A stretch of 64,000 nucleotides of DNA from an uncultured Acidobacteriota bacterium. GTDB lineage: Bacteria; Acidobacteriota; Blastocatellia; RBC074. The stretch is taken from assembly GCA_963796275.1 (NCBI GenBank), contig CAWCKY010000006.1, forward strand, positions 64,001 to 128,000, in the 5' to 3' direction. A model generated the notes under the pieces. That model was given only the letters and a program-made list of their open reading frames with translations. It searched no databases and was not told the origin of the DNA. A program made the position numbers and the translations under genes. This document shows, one piece after another, positions 60,601 to 64,000 of the stretch; position 1 is the stretch's first letter; every line of letters begins with the position of its first letter.

Positions 60601-62360
60601 AGCGGATCGGCGAGCGCGCTTATGTTCTCGATCCGCAAGCGCGCGCCGATTATGATGCGCTACTGGCAGCGCTGATCGAACTGAAGAAAACCCCTCAAAA
60701 AATAGCCCATTTCTGGAACGTGACGCCGACTGACCAGGTCAGGCCCGGCCCTGAGTTTTTTGAAGAAGCGCAGGCGGCCGGTTTTTACAGTTTGCTCTAT
60801 CTCGCCCAGGCTCTCGGTCGGCGAAATGTTACGGACCAGTTGCGGCTCTGGGTCGTCTCAACGAATCTGCAGGAGGTGACGGGTGAAGAGCTGCTATGTC
60901 CCGAGAAAGCGACTTTGTTGGGGCCTTGCCAGGTCATCTCTCAGGAGTGTCCGAACATAGCCTGTCACAGTCTCGATCTGATCATTCCCGATTCGCGAAG
61001 GCCGACCGGATTGATTGATGAGATCCTGATAGACAGGCTCATCACAGAATTCTCCGCAAATATCTCGGCCGATCGCACGATCGCTTATCGTGGAAATCAC
61101 CGGTGGGTGTTGAACTATGAGCTGGCGCCTGCGGATGGCTTTAGCAGGGGCTTATCCCGGTTAAGACAAGGAGGCGTGTACCTCATTACCGGCGGACTCG
61201 GGAAGATCGGGCTGACGATCGCGGAACATCTGGCTCGGACGGCGCATGCGAAGTTGATCCTGATAGGTCGCTCTGAATTCCCGCTGAGGGACGAGTGGGA
61301 TCAATGGCTCTCAACACACGAAGAGCGGGACCAGGCGAGCCGCATAATTCGGAGGCTGATGGGGATTGAGGAGGCGGGCGGCGAGGTCTTGGTTCTAAGC
61401 GCGGATGCCGCCAATGAACGGCAGATGCAAAAAGTGATCGCTCGGGCTGATGATCGGTTTGGCCGGATACATGGCGTTATCCATGCCGCCGGAGTAGTTG
61501 GAGAGAAGGCGGTCCGAACTATTCAAGAGATAGACCCGGATGAGTGCGCCTCGCAATTTCAAGCGAAGATTCACGGCCTGAACGTGTTGGCCCGCACGCT
61601 GAGCGGGAGGGAGCTTGATTTCTTCATACTGCAATCATCCCTGTCATCGGTTTTGGGTGGACTGGGGTTCGCCTCCTATTCTGCGGCCAACCATTACCTG
61701 GACGCGTTTGCCCGCAAGCAGAGTCAGACGAATGGCGTCCAATGGGTCAGCGTGAATTGGGACGGCTGGCGGTTCGATGAGGAGAAGAGATTCGGCGCTG
61801 CAACGGTCGAGTTAGCCATCTCGCCGGAAGACGGCGTCGAGGTTTTCAAACGCCTTCTCTCCGTAGACGGGTTCAATCAAGTCATCATTTCAACCGGAGA
61901 CCTGCAAGCGCGGATCGGCAAATGGATTAATGGTGAGGCGAAACTGGAGCCGAAGGCCGAGGCGCGATCGAACTCTTCTGCATCGTCGGCCTCCCGGCCT
62001 CAACTGCAAACGACCTATGTCGAGCCCGGAAGTGAGCTAGAGCGGCGTATCGTCGAGGTCTGGCAAAATCTGCTGGGGATCGAGCCGGTGGGAATCCACG
62101 ATAACTTCTTTGAGTTGGGCGGCGACTCTTTGCTCGGCACTCAGCTGATCGCTCAGCTTCGCAGCATCTTCCAGACGGAGTTTCCCATGCGCAGCCTCTT
62201 CGAGGACTCGACTGTGGCCGGGGCGGCGAAGATCATCGAGATGGCATTAAGAGATGGGCAGAGCCCGGTTGATAAACTTACTGAAGCGTTGAAAAAGGTG
62301 GAAGGACTTTCAGATGAAGAGGCCGGCGCGCTGCTCGCCGGATTTCAGTCTCGTGGGTGA
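57633..62360 (+). CDS. Type I modular PKS (KS-AT-KR-ACP)
   Basis: QSACSTSL, HGTGT, NLGH; AT GHSVG and HAFH (malonyl-type); KR GGLGKIG and YSAAN; ACP GGDSL. Confidence 0.96.
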   Translation: MSNRSNISNSIDRHSIAIIGMAGRFPGAGNIEEFWRNLCDRVESISFFTEKELMSSGEASSAIKDPHYVGARGILEGVELFDASFFGFYPKEAQLMDPQHRLFLECAWEALEDAGCVTESYEGVVGVFGGAGINSYLLSILSQKLEGLNAAEWYQLAIGNHSDFLTTRVSYKLNLRGPSLNIQSACSTSLVAVHVACRSLLGRQCDMALAGGVAIGLPQKRGYLFQEGMILSPDGHCRAFDAKAQGTVPGNGVGIVVLKRLADAIAEGDHIYAVIKGSAVNNDGSLRVGFTAPGVAGQAEVIATAHEIAGIDPETITYIEAHGTGTSLGDPIEIAALTQVFCEKTETKGFCAIGSVKTNLGHLDAAAGVASLIKTALALDRGMIPPSLNFEQPNPKIDFSGGPFYVNTELSQWMAGDAPRRAGVSSFGIGGSNAHVALEEAPAIDSFASRPWQLLVLSAKTDSALETATTRLATHLKGHSDLNLPELNLADVAYTLQVGRKAFAHRRILVCQTLEGARNALEISDPKRVFSASVACETDSRPVVFMFSGQGAQYVNMGFDLYQAEPIFRETIDYCSELLKPYLDLDLRDLLYPTSEKVEEAAARLSQTRVTQPALFAIEYALARLWMEWGIRPQAMIGHSVGEYVAACLAGVCSPEDALRLVAARGRLMQGAPQGAMLSVRLEESAARDLLGGKLSLAAVNGPASCVVSGPRDAIVEMEQRLTAEGVDHRRLHTSHAFHSEMMDSILKSFEREVEKATLRSPQIPYVSDLTGTWITEADATDPGYYAKHLRHTVRFADGIGELLNDPNIVLLEVGPGQTLSALARENSGAARGRVILNSTRHPHDQQSDVSFILNTLGKLWLAGVKIDWPGFYAKERRLRVSLPAYPFERQRYWLDVKESAITGDVYQSSSQAGSRAGSREIADWFYVPSWKRADLPRGLAANVAPNEALDEKVNWLLLIDDHGLGSLLAERLVDRGQDVITVKMGRRFERIGERAYVLDPQARADYDALLAALIELKKTPQKIAHFWNVTPTDQVRPGPEFFEEAQAAGFYSLLYLAQALGRRNVTDQLRLWVVSTNLQEVTGEELLCPEKATLLGPCQVISQECPNIACHSLDLIIPDSRRPTGLIDEILIDRLITEFSANISADRTIAYRGNHRWVLNYELAPADGFSRGLSRLRQGGVYLITGGLGKIGLTIAEHLARTAHAKLILIGRSEFPLRDEWDQWLSTHEERDQASRIIRRLMGIEEAGGEVLVLSADAANERQMQKVIARADDRFGRIHGVIHAAGVVGEKAVRTIQEIDPDECASQFQAKIHGLNVLARTLSGRELDFFILQSSLSSVLGGLGFASYSAANHYLDAFARKQSQTNGVQWVSVNWDGWRFDEEKRFGAATVELAISPEDGVEVFKRLLSVDGFNQVIISTGDLQARIGKWINGEAKLEPKAEARSNSSASSASRPQLQTTYVEPGSELERRIVEVWQNLLGIEPVGIHDNFFELGGDSLLGTQLIAQLRSIFQTEFPMRSLFEDSTVAGAAKIIEMALRDGQSPVDKLTEALKKVEGLSDEEAGALLAGFQSRG

Positions 62361-62365
62361 GTATC

Positions 62366-64000
62366 GTGAGCGATCTTTATAAACAAATCTCCAGACTATC
62401 AGGTGAGAAACGCAGGCTCTTCGATCTGTACTTGCAGAAAGAGGGCGTGACTTTCTCAGAGTTGTTGATCGTCCCTCAAGAGAAGAGAGGCTCCGATCAT
62501 TTCCCGCTCTCTTTCGCCCAGCAGCGGCTTTGGTTTCTCGACCAGTTGGAGCCTGGGAATCCGCTCTATAACAATCCAGCCGCGATTCGTTTCACTGGCC
62601 CTCTCGACCGGGCGGCTTTGGAGCAGGCTCTGAATGAGATTGTCGGGCGGCATGAAATTTTGCGCACTACCTTTACGATGGTGAGTGGCCAGCCAGTCCA
62701 GGTTATCGCTCCCAAACTCATCCTAACTCTTCCGGTGGTTGACCTGCGAACCAAACCAGAGGTCGAGCGGGAAGATGAGGTTATGCGGCTAGCCACCGAG
62801 GAGGCGCGGAAACCATTCAACCTGTCTGAGGGGCCGCTGCTCCGCGTCATTCTGATGAAGCTGGCCGAGGAGGAGCACGTGGTCCTGCTGACCATGCATC
62901 ACGTCGTATCCGACGGTTGGTCGGTCGGAGTGCTCATTCGGGAAGTCGCGGCGCTCTATGAAGCTTTTACCAGCTGTGCGCCGGCGTCGCTGCCCGAACT
63001 TCCAATTCAATATGTGGATTTCGCCGTCTGGCAGCGAAAGTGGCTGACGGGGAAAAGGCTCGATGAACAGTTGACTTACTGGAAACAGCATCTAGCCGGC
63101 GCCGCACCTACATTGGAATTGCCAGCAGATCGCCCCAGGCCGGCGGCGCAGACCTATCGCGGGGCCACTCGCTTCTTCAACCTGCCAGTGGATGTTTTTC
63201 GTGCGCTGAAGGAACTGAGCCGTCAGAACGACGCCACGCTCTTCATGACAATGCTGGCGGCCTTTCAAACGATGCTCTACCGCTATTCGGGACAAGAGGA
63301 CTTCTGCGTAGGAGCGGCCGTCGCCAATCGCAATCGAGTCGAGACCGAAGGGCTGATCGGGTTTTTTGTCAACATGCTGGCGTTGCGCTGCGACCTGTCG
63401 GGCGATCTCAGCTTCCGCCAATTGCTCGAGCGGACGCGGGAGACGGCGCTGGGCGCATTGGCGCATCAGGATCTGCCGTTTGAAATGCTGGTGGAAGAGC
63501 TGCAGCCGCAACGGAACAGAAGCCACACGCCGCTGTTTCAGGTGATATTCGATCTCAACAACGCCGCGCCCGGCGCCATGGGCGCCTTGAAACTTGCGAA
63601 CCTGAAAGCGGAGGCGCTTCAGGTAGAGGCCGGCGTCGCGCATGCCGATCTGGTCATGAGTTTGATGGAGAACGGCGACGCGCTCAGTGGCAAATTGAGA
63701 TACAACACCGACATCTTCGATGCCGCGACTATTGAGCGAATGCTGGAGCATTTTCAGGTTCTGTTGATAGGCATCGCCGCTGATCCGGATCGGCGCGTTT
63801 CAGACATGCCTCTTTCGACCGAGGTGGAACGGCGCCGTCTCTTGTCAGAATGGAATGACACCGCCTCTGAGTATCCGCGCAATAAATGCGTGCATGAGTT
63901 GTTCGAGGCGCAGGTGGAGCGAAGCTCCGACGCGATTGCGCTGGTGGTCGAGGAGGAGCAGCTTACCTACCGGGAGTTGAACCGCCGGGCCAATCAACTC
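62366..64000 (+). CDS. NRPS (condensation domain plus start of A domain), runs off the window
   Basis: Not in the ORF track; PLSFAQQRLWFL, MHHVVSDGWS, LTYRELNRRANQL. Confidence 0.95.
   Translation, partial: MSDLYKQISRLSGEKRRLFDLYLQKEGVTFSELLIVPQEKRGSDHFPLSFAQQRLWFLDQLEPGNPLYNNPAAIRFTGPLDRAALEQALNEIVGRHEILRTTFTMVSGQPVQVIAPKLILTLPVVDLRTKPEVEREDEVMRLATEEARKPFNLSEGPLLRVILMKLAEEEHVVLLTMHHVVSDGWSVGVLIREVAALYEAFTSCAPASLPELPIQYVDFAVWQRKWLTGKRLDEQLTYWKQHLAGAAPTLELPADRPRPAAQTYRGATRFFNLPVDVFRALKELSRQNDATLFMTMLAAFQTMLYRYSGQEDFCVGAAVANRNRVETEGLIGFFVNMLALRCDLSGDLSFRQLLERTRETALGALAHQDLPFEMLVEELQPQRNRSHTPLFQVIFDLNNAAPGAMGALKLANLKAEALQVEAGVAHADLVMSLMENGDALSGKLRYNTDIFDAATIERMLEHFQVLLIGIAADPDRRVSDMPLSTEVERRRLLSEWNDTASEYPRNKCVHELFEAQVERSSDAIALVVEEEQLTYRELNRRANQL

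Overview
64-kb bacterial genomic window; gene style and REP families suggest an Acidobacteriota (Blastocatellia-like) host, which is inference only. Left end: 5' part of a class II lanthipeptide synthetase (lanM, running off the window), then a mosaic of small catabolic genes and rearrangement scars. Centre (~9.6-52.1 kb): a carbon-storage/fermentation/energy island with MscS, glgX, a GH144+GH94 beta-1,2-glucan pair, a complete Verrucomicrobia-style F1Fo ATP synthase operon, an RND pump with ppk2 and a PP2C phosphatase, and ack-pflA-glgP-tal-xfp-gap-ldh-tkt. Main finding: five transcription units of this island each start with a sigma54 (-24/-12) promoter preceded by the same tandem CTCCAATAT site pair, i.e. 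one apparent enhancer-controlled regulon whose activator is not encoded in the window. The island is eroding: pta and pflB are collapsed by internal deletions (pflB into an in-frame 76-aa glycyl-radical mini-protein), several micro-ORF remnants remain, heptamer-repeat hairpins and REP elements fill the spacers, and an integrase remnant marks the right edge. Right end: an NRAMP transporter, a 1.27-kb non-coding tandem duplication, and the start of a TPR/type I PKS/NRPS cluster. Family calls come from motif recognition; no database searches were run.
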